Positions 1 through 8,310 of a stretch of DNA of 64,000 nucleotides are shown piece after piece (the first letter of the stretch is position 1; each line of letters opens with the position of its first letter). The DNA comes from Gammaproteobacteria bacterium. GTDB taxonomy: Bacteria; Pseudomonadota; Gammaproteobacteria; Steroidobacterales; Woeseiaceae. The position numbers and the translations under genes are program-made. Location: positions 39,314 to 103,313 of the forward strand of contig JAOTYE010000009.1 in NCBI GenBank assembly GCA_029862045.1. The letters are read 5' to 3'. The notes beneath the pieces are model-generated. The model saw only the letters and a program-made list of their open reading frames with translations. It had not been told where the DNA came from and did no database searches.

Positions 1-138
1 CGAACGGCCAGTTCGGAGCAGGTTCGCCAGCCGATCTATAAGGGTGCGGTAGAGCAGTGGCGGCATTACCTGCCGCATCTCGATCCCCTGATCGAGGCAC
101 TCGGGCCCGTCATGGACACGTATGAGCAGATCGACTGA
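1..138 (+). CDS. C-terminal end of a sulfotransferase-family protein (5' part lies outside the window)
   Basis: Frame 1 is open from the window edge to TGA 136-138. The tail [31 protein letters not shown] resembles, from memory, the conserved C-terminal tail of TPR-sulfotransferase proteins. Not searchable here. Confidence 0.45.
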   Translation, partial: RTASSEQVRQPIYKGAVEQWRHYLPHLDPLIEALGPVMDTYEQID

Positions 139-156
139 AGCTGTGGCAAATCCTGA

Positions 157-185
157 TTGACACTGCAGCAATTCGTTTTTATTGT
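157..185 (+). promoter_or_regulatory. candidate sigma70 promoter of the TonB-dependent receptor gene
   Basis: TTGACA (157-162), 17-nt spacer, TATTGT (180-185), about 85 nt upstream of the preferred start codon. Confidence 0.3.
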
Positions 186-269
186 TGCTTGGCCAAAGAA
201 GAAAGAGTGAGACGGCGCACGGTTAGTGCCGGCGCGGTCATCCATTCAGACAAGAAAGGGGGGGCAGTC

Positions 270-2810
270 ATGAGCAGACAATCCAGCCGTGCAAGCGGGC
301 ATGTCGATATCCGCATGAAGTCAGTCTCGATCGGGGTGCGGAAGGCGCTCCTCAATAAACGCGCCGCACCGCTGATGGCTACGACCCTGCTCGCATCGGC
401 TATGGCCTTTGGTCAGGGCAACGAACCGCTGACGCTCGATGAGGTCATCGTTACCGCACAGAAACGTGCGCAAAGCCTGCAGGAAGTGCCGATCAGTATC
501 ACGGTATTGAACGGCGAGCTGTTGGCGGACCTGGGTGTGAAGAGCTTTGACGATTACGTACGGCTGATGTCCAACGTTTCTTTCTCCGGCCGTGGGCCCA
601 GCCAGGCACAGATTTACATGCGCGGGTGCTCGGATGGCGGTGACGGCAACCTGTCCGGTACCAACCCGAGTAGTTCGGTGTACTTTGACGAGCAGCCTGT
701 TACCTCGATTTTTCGCAACCTGAACCCGCACGTCTATGACATCGACCACATCGAGGCACTCGGCGGGCCGCAGGGGACCTTGTACGGCGCCAGCTCGCAG
801 TGCGGGACGGTGCGCATTGTCACCAACAAGCCGGACACATCCGGATTCGAGGCCGGCTACGATGTCTCGGGGACCTCGACGTCGGGCGGCGAAACGGGCT
901 ACTCAGTCGAGGGTTTTGTGAATGCGCCGCTGTCGGATCGTGCCGCGATCCGACTCGTCGGCTGGTACGTCGAAGAGGGCGGCTGGATCGACAACGTGCC
1001 GGGGACGATTTCCTTTCCGACAGATCCCAATGCGTCGATCAACATCAACGGCAACCCCAATTATTTCCACAGCGGTATCGGCGAAGCCGGGGTGGGCTCA
1101 CCCTTGGGGTCATTGTCGAATACCGGCAATTCAGATTCGGCGCTGAACACGGTCGCGGACGATACGAACGACGTTACGACGCAAGGCCTGCGAGCGGCGC
1201 TCGGCATCGACCTGAACGACAGCTGGACGCTCGAAGTCGGCGTCAACGTGCAGAAGCAGGAAGTCGACGGACTGTTCTCCGATCAGCCCGACACGGTGGG
1301 TGAGGGCAACGTCGTGCGGTTCTATCAGGACAGGAACGACGACGAGTATACTCAGCTTGCGGCGACGCTCGAGGGCGATATTGGCGACTGGGGCAAGTTG
1401 ACGTTGGCCGGGTCTTACCTGGATCGGGATGTCAATTACGATATCGACTACAGCTCTTACGCGGCCTATTCGAGTTACGTCGAGCTTTACTACACCTGTG
1501 ACTATTACGCCTATTACTATAACCCCGGCTTTGTAAGTTACTTGTCGGATGCGGCGCAACAAACCTGCCGCGATCCGCGCATTCAGTACGAGCAGGAGAG
1601 CAACTACAAGCGCTCAACGGTTGAGGCGAGATTGCAGTCACAGGGGGATGGCCGCCTGAACTGGATCGCGGGGTTGTTCTACAACGACGACGACCACGAT
1701 TATTTCAACCAGTGGCATATTCCAACCGTTGATCTGAACAGCGGCAACGGCAACGCGATTCCGACCGACCGCAATATCCAAGGTGAGACGGATCTCTACT
1801 TCGTCACGAATCAGAACCGGCAATTCACAGAAACGGCGTTTTTCGGCGAGATCAGCTACGACTTTAGCGACAAGTTTACCGGCCTGGTCGGGGCGCGTTT
1901 CTTCGAAACCGAAGACGAGGCAACGGGCTTTGTTGGCACGCGCTTCAGCTGCTTCGACCCGGCGACGGGCAACCGCCTCGGCGGACCGACGGCGACCGGC
2001 GCCTGCGGTGCGGGGCTCAAAGTCGACGACAGCGACTCGACGCTCAAGGTGAATCTCACCTATCAGTTCAACGATGATTTCATGGGTTATTTCACGTTTT
2101 CGCAAGGCTTCCGCCCGAGTGGTATCAATCGCGAAGGCACAACCAATATTCCGCAGATCTATGGCTCCGACACGGTGGACAACATCGAGGTGGGCTGGAA
2201 GGCGACGCTCGCGGATGGCCGGGTGCGATTTAACGGGGCGGTCTATCTGATGGAGTGGAGTGATATTCAGCTGACGCGATTTGATCCGGCGGAGTCCTTC
2301 CTTGGTTTGACGTCGAACGCCGGCGATGCGGAGATGATTGGCATCGAGGTCACGATCGACTGGTTGATCAACGACAACTGGGACCTCGCGTTTTCTGCGT
2401 CGCTGAATGAAGCTGAGCTGACCGAAGATTTCGCGAAAGACACATCAGGCTCGCCGGTCGATGCGCCTGATGGTACCGACTTGCCGTTTACGCCCGATCT
2501 CAAATACTCGGTCTCGACCCGGTATACGTGGGATGACTCGAGTCTGCGGCCGTTTATTCAGGCGGCATGGTCCTTTACCGATGATTCATGGAATGATCTG
2601 TTTCTCGCTGACCGCGACAAGCAAGACAGCTACGGTCTGCTTAGCGCACGGTTCGGAATTCAGAAGGAAAACTGGGTGCTCGAATTGTACGGCGACAACC
2701 TGACCGATGAGCATCCGGAGATCTTCAAGTACACGCGTGCCGGCGACAATCGGGTTATAACCAGCCGTCCGGTCAATTACGGCGTGAGATTCAGACAACG
2801 GTTCGATTGA
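270..2810 (+). CDS. TonB-dependent receptor
   Basis: ORF 189-2810. Preferred start is ATG 270 behind AAAGGGGGG (alternative ATG 315). Signal peptide ends ...LLASAMAFGQ. Plug-domain motif DEVIVTAQKRAQSLQEVPISITVL is followed by a long beta-barrel-type sequence. Confidence 0.9.
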   Translation: MSRQSSRASGHVDIRMKSVSIGVRKALLNKRAAPLMATTLLASAMAFGQGNEPLTLDEVIVTAQKRAQSLQEVPISITVLNGELLADLGVKSFDDYVRLMSNVSFSGRGPSQAQIYMRGCSDGGDGNLSGTNPSSSVYFDEQPVTSIFRNLNPHVYDIDHIEALGGPQGTLYGASSQCGTVRIVTNKPDTSGFEAGYDVSGTSTSGGETGYSVEGFVNAPLSDRAAIRLVGWYVEEGGWIDNVPGTISFPTDPNASININGNPNYFHSGIGEAGVGSPLGSLSNTGNSDSALNTVADDTNDVTTQGLRAALGIDLNDSWTLEVGVNVQKQEVDGLFSDQPDTVGEGNVVRFYQDRNDDEYTQLAATLEGDIGDWGKLTLAGSYLDRDVNYDIDYSSYAAYSSYVELYYTCDYYAYYYNPGFVSYLSDAAQQTCRDPRIQYEQESNYKRSTVEARLQSQGDGRLNWIAGLFYNDDDHDYFNQWHIPTVDLNSGNGNAIPTDRNIQGETDLYFVTNQNRQFTETAFFGEISYDFSDKFTGLVGARFFETEDEATGFVGTRFSCFDPATGNRLGGPTATGACGAGLKVDDSDSTLKVNLTYQFNDDFMGYFTFSQGFRPSGINREGTTNIPQIYGSDTVDNIEVGWKATLADGRVRFNGAVYLMEWSDIQLTRFDPAESFLGLTSNAGDAEMIGIEVTIDWLINDNWDLAFSASLNEAELTEDFAKDTSGSPVDAPDGTDLPFTPDLKYSVSTRYTWDDSSLRPFIQAAWSFTDDSWNDLFLADRDKQDSYGLLSARFGIQKENWVLELYGDNLTDEHPEIFKYTRAGDNRVITSRPVNYGVRFRQRFD

Positions 2811-2881
2811 CAAAAGATAGTCAGCCTTCGCGGCGCTGGAGAACGCGGGTCTCGCGGCAGCGGACCCGTGATCTCGATCTC

Positions 2882-2932
2882 GCGGGTGTAAGTTCAACCG
2901 TAGGATATCGTACCCTCAGTTTTACTCTCAGC
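2882..2932 (+). pseudogene. R0: degenerate tRNA-Gly 5' fragment joined directly to the terminal block of the R module (internally deleted copy)
   Basis: gcgggtgtaagttcaaccgtaggatatc aligns with nt 1-27 of the tRNA-Gly gene at 15838 (two 1-nt indels, few mismatches). The following taccctcagttttactctca aligns with the R1 end tatgctcagttttacgctca. Confidence 0.4.
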
Positions 2933-3030
2933 AATTCGACACAAGACCGTTTCGAGATACTATTGGCAGCCGACGAACACACTTTGGGCCGAAGAGGTGC
3001 GCCTGGATTCCAAAGTCAGGAGATGAGTGA

Positions 3031-3546
3031 GTGAAACTGTTCCGAACGAGAATGAAAAGCCATTGGAAGAAGAAGTATGCCAAAGGCTTTAAAGGACACG
3101 AACCTGATAGTGCCCAAGTCGAGGTCGAGCTGAAAAAGGCGCTCGTGCCGGGTACGGTTCTGGAGGTGGGTGCCGGTATTGGGTACTTCTCGGACCTAAT
3201 GCGGGAATGGGGATACGACGTAACTCAAACAGACTTGGTGATGGGCAACCAACTTGACATCACCCGCGAGGCGCGCGGCGAATTCGATAATGTCGTAGCA
3301 ATTGGTGTTATGCACCACATAATCGATCGCGATAAGTTTAACACCGGATTGGCAAATATTGCGGCGATGGCAAAGCAACGCGTAGTGCTTGGTGTAAAAC
3401 TGCCATCAGTGCGTTTCAAAACGAGAACGCGTCACTCGTACCGATATTCTGCAATGGACTACACGGATGTACTTGGTAGTCCGGTAAAGGTAACAGCGTG
3501 CGGTTACCTCAGCTTGCTCGAATGGGAAGTAGGCACCAGCGCATAA
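3031..3546 (+). CDS. class I SAM-dependent methyltransferase
   Basis: GTG 3031 lies 6 nt after AGGAG (alternative ATG 3052). Motif I is VLEVGAGIGYFS. The gene is visibly AT-richer than its flanks. Confidence 0.7.
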   Translation: MKLFRTRMKSHWKKKYAKGFKGHEPDSAQVEVELKKALVPGTVLEVGAGIGYFSDLMREWGYDVTQTDLVMGNQLDITREARGEFDNVVAIGVMHHIIDRDKFNTGLANIAAMAKQRVVLGVKLPSVRFKTRTRHSYRYSAMDYTDVLGSPVKVTACGYLSLLEWEVGTSA

Positions 3547-3675
3547 GGGCCGGGAGGGTCCAATTGCCGAGATCTTTGGCGGGCAGACGCGCCTTACCAA
3601 GCTGGGTCATCCAGGTCGACAATTCGGTCTTTAGGTTACAAACACATCCGCTATGGCGATCCAGCGCAAGACACC

Positions 3676-3946
3676 ATTCTCTTCTCCAATTGCCTCAGAA
3701 TCGCTTAGAATCGAATTACTCTCACTATTATGCTCATTGGGCTGTGGATGAGAGCTAACTCCCTGATAAGCGGGTGTAGTTCAACGGTAGAACATCAGCT
3801 TCCCAATCGGAGTCGCTGAGTTGGCCAGCTCTCTAACCGCTTCATTTCCGTGGTCCTGTGACCACCGGTTTCAACGAGTTAGATCACCCGAAAGTAATCA
3901 ACTGAGTCTCGTAGGCCTTCTGAGTATGCTCAGTTTTACGCTCACT
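3676..3946 (+). repeat. R1: tRNA-Gly upstream arm + tRNA 5' half + conserved ~140-nt non-tRNA tail
   Basis: 3676-3769 aligns with 15745-15837, the region upstream of the intact tRNA. 3770-3806 equals tRNA nt 1-37 with 1 mismatch. 3807-3946 aligns with 13963-14103 of R2. Internal hairpins are GTGGTC-CTGT-GACCAC (3850-3865) and CTGAG-TATG-CTCAG followed by TTTT (3920-3937). Confidence 0.85.
3770..3806 (+). pseudogene. tRNA-Gly(CCC) 5' half (acceptor 5' strand, D arm, anticodon stem 5' strand and loop); no T arm or 3' acceptor strand follows
   Basis: gcgggtgtagttcaacggtagaacatcagcttcccaa differs at one position from nt 1-37 of the intact gene at 15838. Confidence 0.85.
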
Positions 3947-4005
3947 ACTGAATCGGCTTCGTAGAAAATACGGCCGATGGTTTGTCCATACGCCGGCATT
4001 TTGCG

Positions 4006-5517
4006 TCAGAACCGCAGGTTGAGCGACGAAATAAACGCTTCCCTGGACCCAGTGAAACCATTGTATTCGGCGCTCCACGATAACCGTTTGCTGATGTCCC
4101 AGTTGAAGCCCGTGACGATGTTCCAGTGATCCGTGTTCTGCTCGTCGATTCGGTAATCGAGCGTCAGGCCTTCGAGAGCTGGAATCTCGTCTCCCGGAAA
4201 CGTAAAGGATCCGTCGATGGTGACGTCGGAGTCCAGGTAGTTGCCGCCCACGAACACCGCCATGCTGCCGAGGTTGCCCAGATCAAGAAGTCTGCCAATC
4301 CGCGGCGTCACGGTAAGTGAGGACCCGTCCGCGACCCTGTCCTTGGGCTCAGCATAGGTCGCCGTTGCGGGAATCGTTACGAACCAGCCTTTCCAGCCGC
4401 CGGCGAGTAGCGCACCGTAACCCCATGTTTCAACATCGACGTCTGCGCGCACTGGGAAAGAAATGATCTGGTTTTCGAGCGCATCGCAAAGCGGTGGGCG
4501 CACGAGTGGCCTCGAGCAGTCCGTGCCGCGTCGATCGAGTATCAGGTTGCCGTCGAGAAATACGTCGAGATCGACGGAGCCATCGACTTTGCCATACATA
4601 CCAAAAACATTGAGAAACGGAAACAGCCAGGCATCGACCTTCAACTGAAACGACCTGGTGTCGGAGTTTGAATTCTCGAAGGATACGAAGTCGAACCGTT
4701 CGAGGTCGCCGCCGTTGAACCCAACGGACAGGTCGGTAAGGTCCAGGTCCTGGTTGATATCCACATAGGTCACGCCGAGCCCAATGGGTAAGGGCAGGTC
4801 GTAGCCCTTGTCGACAACCTTCTGGCCGAGAAACGGTAGCGTCCGCGTCCAGACCCGCGGCGTATCCCTGCCCTGGCGATCGCTGCGTGGGCCGCCGATG
4901 TTCGGGATGCTTGCAGTCGATATGCCGGTATCTGTCAGTTCCGTGTTGACACTGACCCGCGCGAGCCGCAGGTTTGCCCCGAGTTCTGCTCCGGACTGTG
5001 ACCGCACCCTGACCGACATCTCGTCGCTGATCCACTGCGCGACGCCTTCGGCTTCTCCGGCAACCGACACGAGATCATAAGACGGTATCCAGCGATTCCT
5101 CTTGAAGCTTTTCACCGTGTCGACGTCATTAAGCACAGCCAGTAATTGCACCTCACTAGCGCCGACGCCCAGACCGAAAGCGAATTCGTCGATATTTACA
5201 AAAGTTCGCGTGTTGTCAGTGCGGTCATACAAGATTCCGGTGGTGTCCCCGCGGCCAATCAGGCCGATCAGGAGGTCTGTGCCTGTTGCGACGATGTAGC
5301 CGGGGGATGACTCGATCTCTCTTTCGACATCCGGGTCCTCAGCTTTGAACGCCGCTAGCGCTTCATTGGAAGCCGTTGTCACTTCCTGACGAACCTGTTC
5401 GCGCTCTTCTACCGGGATGCTGCTGCAGCCAGCCAGGCTGAAGACAGCGAGTACAGCTATTGCGCTGAGACACACGCGGTCTCGAATTATCCTGGCCGTC
5501 ACTATTGTTTGCTCCAT
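4006..5517 (-). CDS. hypothetical outer-membrane-associated lipoprotein
   Basis: 503-aa ORF with lipoprotein signal ...LAVFSLAGC|SS. The C-terminal half is rich in alternating beta-strand-like segments and ends ...SSLNLRF (aromatic terminal residue typical of OMPs). Transcribed divergently from the TetR gene. Confidence 0.7.
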   Translation of the reverse strand: MEQTIVTARIIRDRVCLSAIAVLAVFSLAGCSSIPVEEREQVRQEVTTASNEALAAFKAEDPDVEREIESSPGYIVATGTDLLIGLIGRGDTTGILYDRTDNTRTFVNIDEFAFGLGVGASEVQLLAVLNDVDTVKSFKRNRWIPSYDLVSVAGEAEGVAQWISDEMSVRVRSQSGAELGANLRLARVSVNTELTDTGISTASIPNIGGPRSDRQGRDTPRVWTRTLPFLGQKVVDKGYDLPLPIGLGVTYVDINQDLDLTDLSVGFNGGDLERFDFVSFENSNSDTRSFQLKVDAWLFPFLNVFGMYGKVDGSVDLDVFLDGNLILDRRGTDCSRPLVRPPLCDALENQIISFPVRADVDVETWGYGALLAGGWKGWFVTIPATATYAEPKDRVADGSSLTVTPRIGRLLDLGNLGSMAVFVGGNYLDSDVTIDGSFTFPGDEIPALEGLTLDYRIDEQNTDHWNIVTGFNWDISKRLSWSAEYNGFTGSREAFISSLNLRF

Positions 5518-5533
5518 TGCCTACCTTGACGCG

Positions 5534-5569
5534 GTGACATGGTGTCACTAGAGTGTGACGCAATGTCAC
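5534..5569. promoter_or_regulatory. two palindromic candidate TetR operators in the divergent promoter region
   Basis: GTGACAtggTGTCAC (5534-5548) and GTGACgcaatGTCAC (5555-5569) lie between the lipoprotein start (5517) and the TetR start (5539 or 5563). Confidence 0.5.
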
Positions 5570-6237
5570 CTAGTCGGTCAAACAAACGCCCGGTCATTCA
5601 GCCGGAGCCAATAGCCCGGATCGGCACGGCAGAGCGCACTCGTGCCGAAATACTGGATGCGGCGTTCGAGTTCCTGTGGTCTCGCCCGTTTCGGGACATG
5701 ACGGTGAACGTCCTGATGGCGATGATTCCGCAAGGCCGGACCGCCTTTTACAAGTATTTCGATGATATCCATGGGGTCATGGCGGAGATGCTGAAGAGAC
5801 TGGAGGCCGAGATTCTCGAAGGTGCCAGCGCATGGCTCTCAGACGACGGCGATCCGGTCGCCTTGTTATACAAAAGTCTCGCGGCCGAGGTTCAAATCGG
5901 CTATCGCTATGGGCCGTTCATCAAGGCTGTCAGCGATGCCGCGGGGACCAATGCAGAGGTGGAAGACGAGTGGAACTGGCTCCTGGATCGGTTTGACGAT
6001 GCCGTGAGCGAGCGTATTGCTGCGGACCAGGAACTCGGCTTGATCGAAGCCTTCGATCCCGGCCCGGTCGCGACCGCGCTAAATCGGGTCGATGCCGCTA
6101 TGTATATTCGGCAATTTGGACACAGGCCGCGCAGCCGGCCGCAGCCGGTGGTGGATGCAATCACGCGCGTCTGGATCTCCACGCTGTACGGTCAAAGGTG
6201 GGCGACGAGCCGCAGATCCACACTGGTTCGAGAGTAG
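5539..6237 (+). CDS. TetR/AcrR family transcriptional regulator
   Basis: N-terminal HTH region RTRAEILDAAFEFLWSRPFRDMTVNVLMAMIPQGRTAFYKYF. The start is ATG 5539 or ATG 5563. Confidence 0.85.
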   Translation: MVSLECDAMSPSRSNKRPVIQPEPIARIGTAERTRAEILDAAFEFLWSRPFRDMTVNVLMAMIPQGRTAFYKYFDDIHGVMAEMLKRLEAEILEGASAWLSDDGDPVALLYKSLAAEVQIGYRYGPFIKAVSDAAGTNAEVEDEWNWLLDRFDDAVSERIAADQELGLIEAFDPGPVATALNRVDAAMYIRQFGHRPRSRPQPVVDAITRVWISTLYGQRWATSRRSTLVRE

Positions 6238-6337
6238 GTACCGTATTCGCACCAGCCAGGGGGGCGGAACGGCAGTAGCGCAGGCAGTTTTGGGTCTCAC
6301 TACAAAAATGAAGAAACGATAAGGGGAGGAGCGAACA

Positions 6338-8284
6338 ATGACGGGAATGATCTACAGGCTAATAACGACCTCGGCTGTTCTGTGCCTTGCGGCGTCAACT
6401 TTCACCACGAGCGTAGCCGTCGCACAGACCCATGCCGGTCAGCCCGAGAGTGTGGTGGACCCGGTAAAGATCTACTCGCCGTACGTCGAGCGCACGGCCT
6501 TGGATTCGAATCTCGCTGAGGGTGTCTACTGGGGCGACACGCATTTGCATACATCGTACTCGACCGACGCCGGCATGATGGGCAACAAACTCGGTCCGGA
6601 AGAGGCTTATCGTTTCGCCCGAGGCGAGGAAGTCCTGACGTCACATGGGGAGCGGGTTCGCCTGATCCGTCCACTGGATTTCTTGGTTGTGGCGGATCAT
6701 GCCGAAAACCTTGGCCTGGCGCCTTTTATTGCGGAGTCGCACCCCGAGCTGTTAAAGAGCGAGTGGGGCAAGGCGGTTCACGACATGGTCAAGGCCGGCG
6801 ATTCCCGAGGCGCCTTCCAGAGATGGCTCAGCGACGCGGTCACCCCCGGGACGGACCCGATCAACAACCCGAAGATGGCCCGGACAGTATGGGACCGCGA
6901 GATCGAATTCGCTGACAAGTACAACGAACCCGGCCGCTTCACTGCGCTGATCGGGTTCGAGTGGACGTCCATCTCGACCCGCGAAAACCCGGGCAACCTG
7001 CACCGCGTGGTGATCTTCAAGGATGGCCGCGACAAGGCCTCGCAGGTAGTGCCGTTCTCCACGTTCGACTCCTACGACCCGGAGAAACTGTGGGACTACA
7101 TGGCGGACTACGAGGAGAAGACCGGCGGCAGCATGCTGGCGATTGCGCACAACGGCAACGTGTCCAATGGGCAGATGTTTGCCACCGAACGCCTGAATGG
7201 CCGACCGATCAAGCGGGAATATGCGGAGATGCGCGCCCGCTTCGAGCCACTGTACGAAGTGACGCAGATCAAGGGCGACGGTGAGGCGCACCCGTTCCTG
7301 TCACCGAACGATGAATTCGCTGACTACGGTACCTGGGACAAGTCCGACATCGTTGGCATGAATCCCAAGGAAGACTGGATGCTGAAGCATGAATACGCTC
7401 GCTCGGCGTTGCAGATCGGCATGCAACTCGAAGAAAAGCTGGGCGTCAATCCCTACAAATTCGGCATGATCGGTAGCACCGACGCCCACACGTCGTTGGC
7501 GACGACCCGCGAAGAAAATTTCTACGGCAAAGCAGCGCACCTCGAGCCCGAAGCGAACCGCTGGGAACATACAATTATTGCGTCTCTGTCCGGTAACCCG
7601 GAATTTTCCAGCTATTCCTACGAATCGATTGGCGCCGGTCTCGCGGCGGTCTGGGCGCGTGAGAACACGCGTGAAGGCATCTTCAATGCAATGATTCGGA
7701 AGGAAACCTACGCCACGACGGGTACCCGCATCGTCGTTCGGTTCTTCGGCGGCTGGGACTACGAGAACGACGAGGTATATCGTCCCGACGTGATATCCAT
7801 CGGTTATCGCAAGGGGGTGCCGATGGGCGGTGACCTGGCGGTAAGACCTGAGGGCAAGGCAGCGCCGACATTCATGGTGGGGGCACTGAAAGACTCGTGG
7901 TCCGGCAACCTGGATCGCATCCAGATCATCAAGGGTTGGATCGACAGCGACGGCGAGCGCCAGGAGCGCGTATACGATGTGGCTGTATCCGATGGTCGGA
8001 CCATTGACGCCGACGGCCGCTGCCGAACCCCGGTCGGCGATACCGTTGATGTGGCAGACGCAAGCTATCTCAACACGATCGGCGACGCGGAATTGCGCGC
8101 CGTCTGGACCGACCCGGACTTCAATCCCGAGCACCGGGCCTTTTACTACGCGCGAGTGCTGGAAATTCCAACGCCCACCTGGCAGGCCTATGACGCGAAG
8201 TTTTACGAGGTCGAGATGCCCGATACCGTAATGATGAAGGGCCAGGAGCGAGCCTACACGTCACCGATCTGGTACACGCCCTAG
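6338..8284 (+). CDS. DUF3604 domain-containing secreted protein (paralogue 1)
   Basis: RBS AGGGGAGGAG and a signal peptide. Motif [16 protein letters not shown] and C-terminus [12 protein letters not shown] are typical of DUF3604 as I recall it. Confidence 0.85.
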   Translation: MTGMIYRLITTSAVLCLAASTFTTSVAVAQTHAGQPESVVDPVKIYSPYVERTALDSNLAEGVYWGDTHLHTSYSTDAGMMGNKLGPEEAYRFARGEEVLTSHGERVRLIRPLDFLVVADHAENLGLAPFIAESHPELLKSEWGKAVHDMVKAGDSRGAFQRWLSDAVTPGTDPINNPKMARTVWDREIEFADKYNEPGRFTALIGFEWTSISTRENPGNLHRVVIFKDGRDKASQVVPFSTFDSYDPEKLWDYMADYEEKTGGSMLAIAHNGNVSNGQMFATERLNGRPIKREYAEMRARFEPLYEVTQIKGDGEAHPFLSPNDEFADYGTWDKSDIVGMNPKEDWMLKHEYARSALQIGMQLEEKLGVNPYKFGMIGSTDAHTSLATTREENFYGKAAHLEPEANRWEHTIIASLSGNPEFSSYSYESIGAGLAAVWARENTREGIFNAMIRKETYATTGTRIVVRFFGGWDYENDEVYRPDVISIGYRKGVPMGGDLAVRPEGKAAPTFMVGALKDSWSGNLDRIQIIKGWIDSDGERQERVYDVAVSDGRTIDADGRCRTPVGDTVDVADASYLNTIGDAELRAVWTDPDFNPEHRAFYYARVLEIPTPTWQAYDAKFYEVEMPDTVMMKGQERAYTSPIWYTP

Positions 8285-8310
8285 ACAACAACAAGAGCGA
8301 GGAGCGAATC

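Noticed and set aside
189-269. N-terminal extension of the first TonB-dependent receptor from the non-ATG start listed in the ORF track.
   Set aside because: The extension is basic and non-signal-like. ATG 270 has a G-rich SD and yields a proper signal peptide.
186-269. Riboswitch (cobalamin or TPP type) in the leader of the first TonB-dependent receptor.
   Set aside because: The leader is only about 85 nt, and I could not see the conserved cores of these riboswitches.
3770-4005. Group I intron or other intervening sequence interrupting tRNA-Gly in the anticodon loop (R1; the same idea applies to R2 at 13926).
   Set aside because: No 3' exon is present. The T arm (GGTTCGATTCC) and the 3' acceptor strand plus CCA are absent anywhere downstream before the next gene. 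The ~140-nt tail is also too short for a group I intron core.
3884-4078. 64-aa minus-strand ORF, and the 3498-3758 plus-strand ORF, overlapping the R1 module.
   Set aside because: They cross the repeat and the tRNA fragment, have no RBS and no coding-like composition, and the corresponding frames are not preserved in R2.
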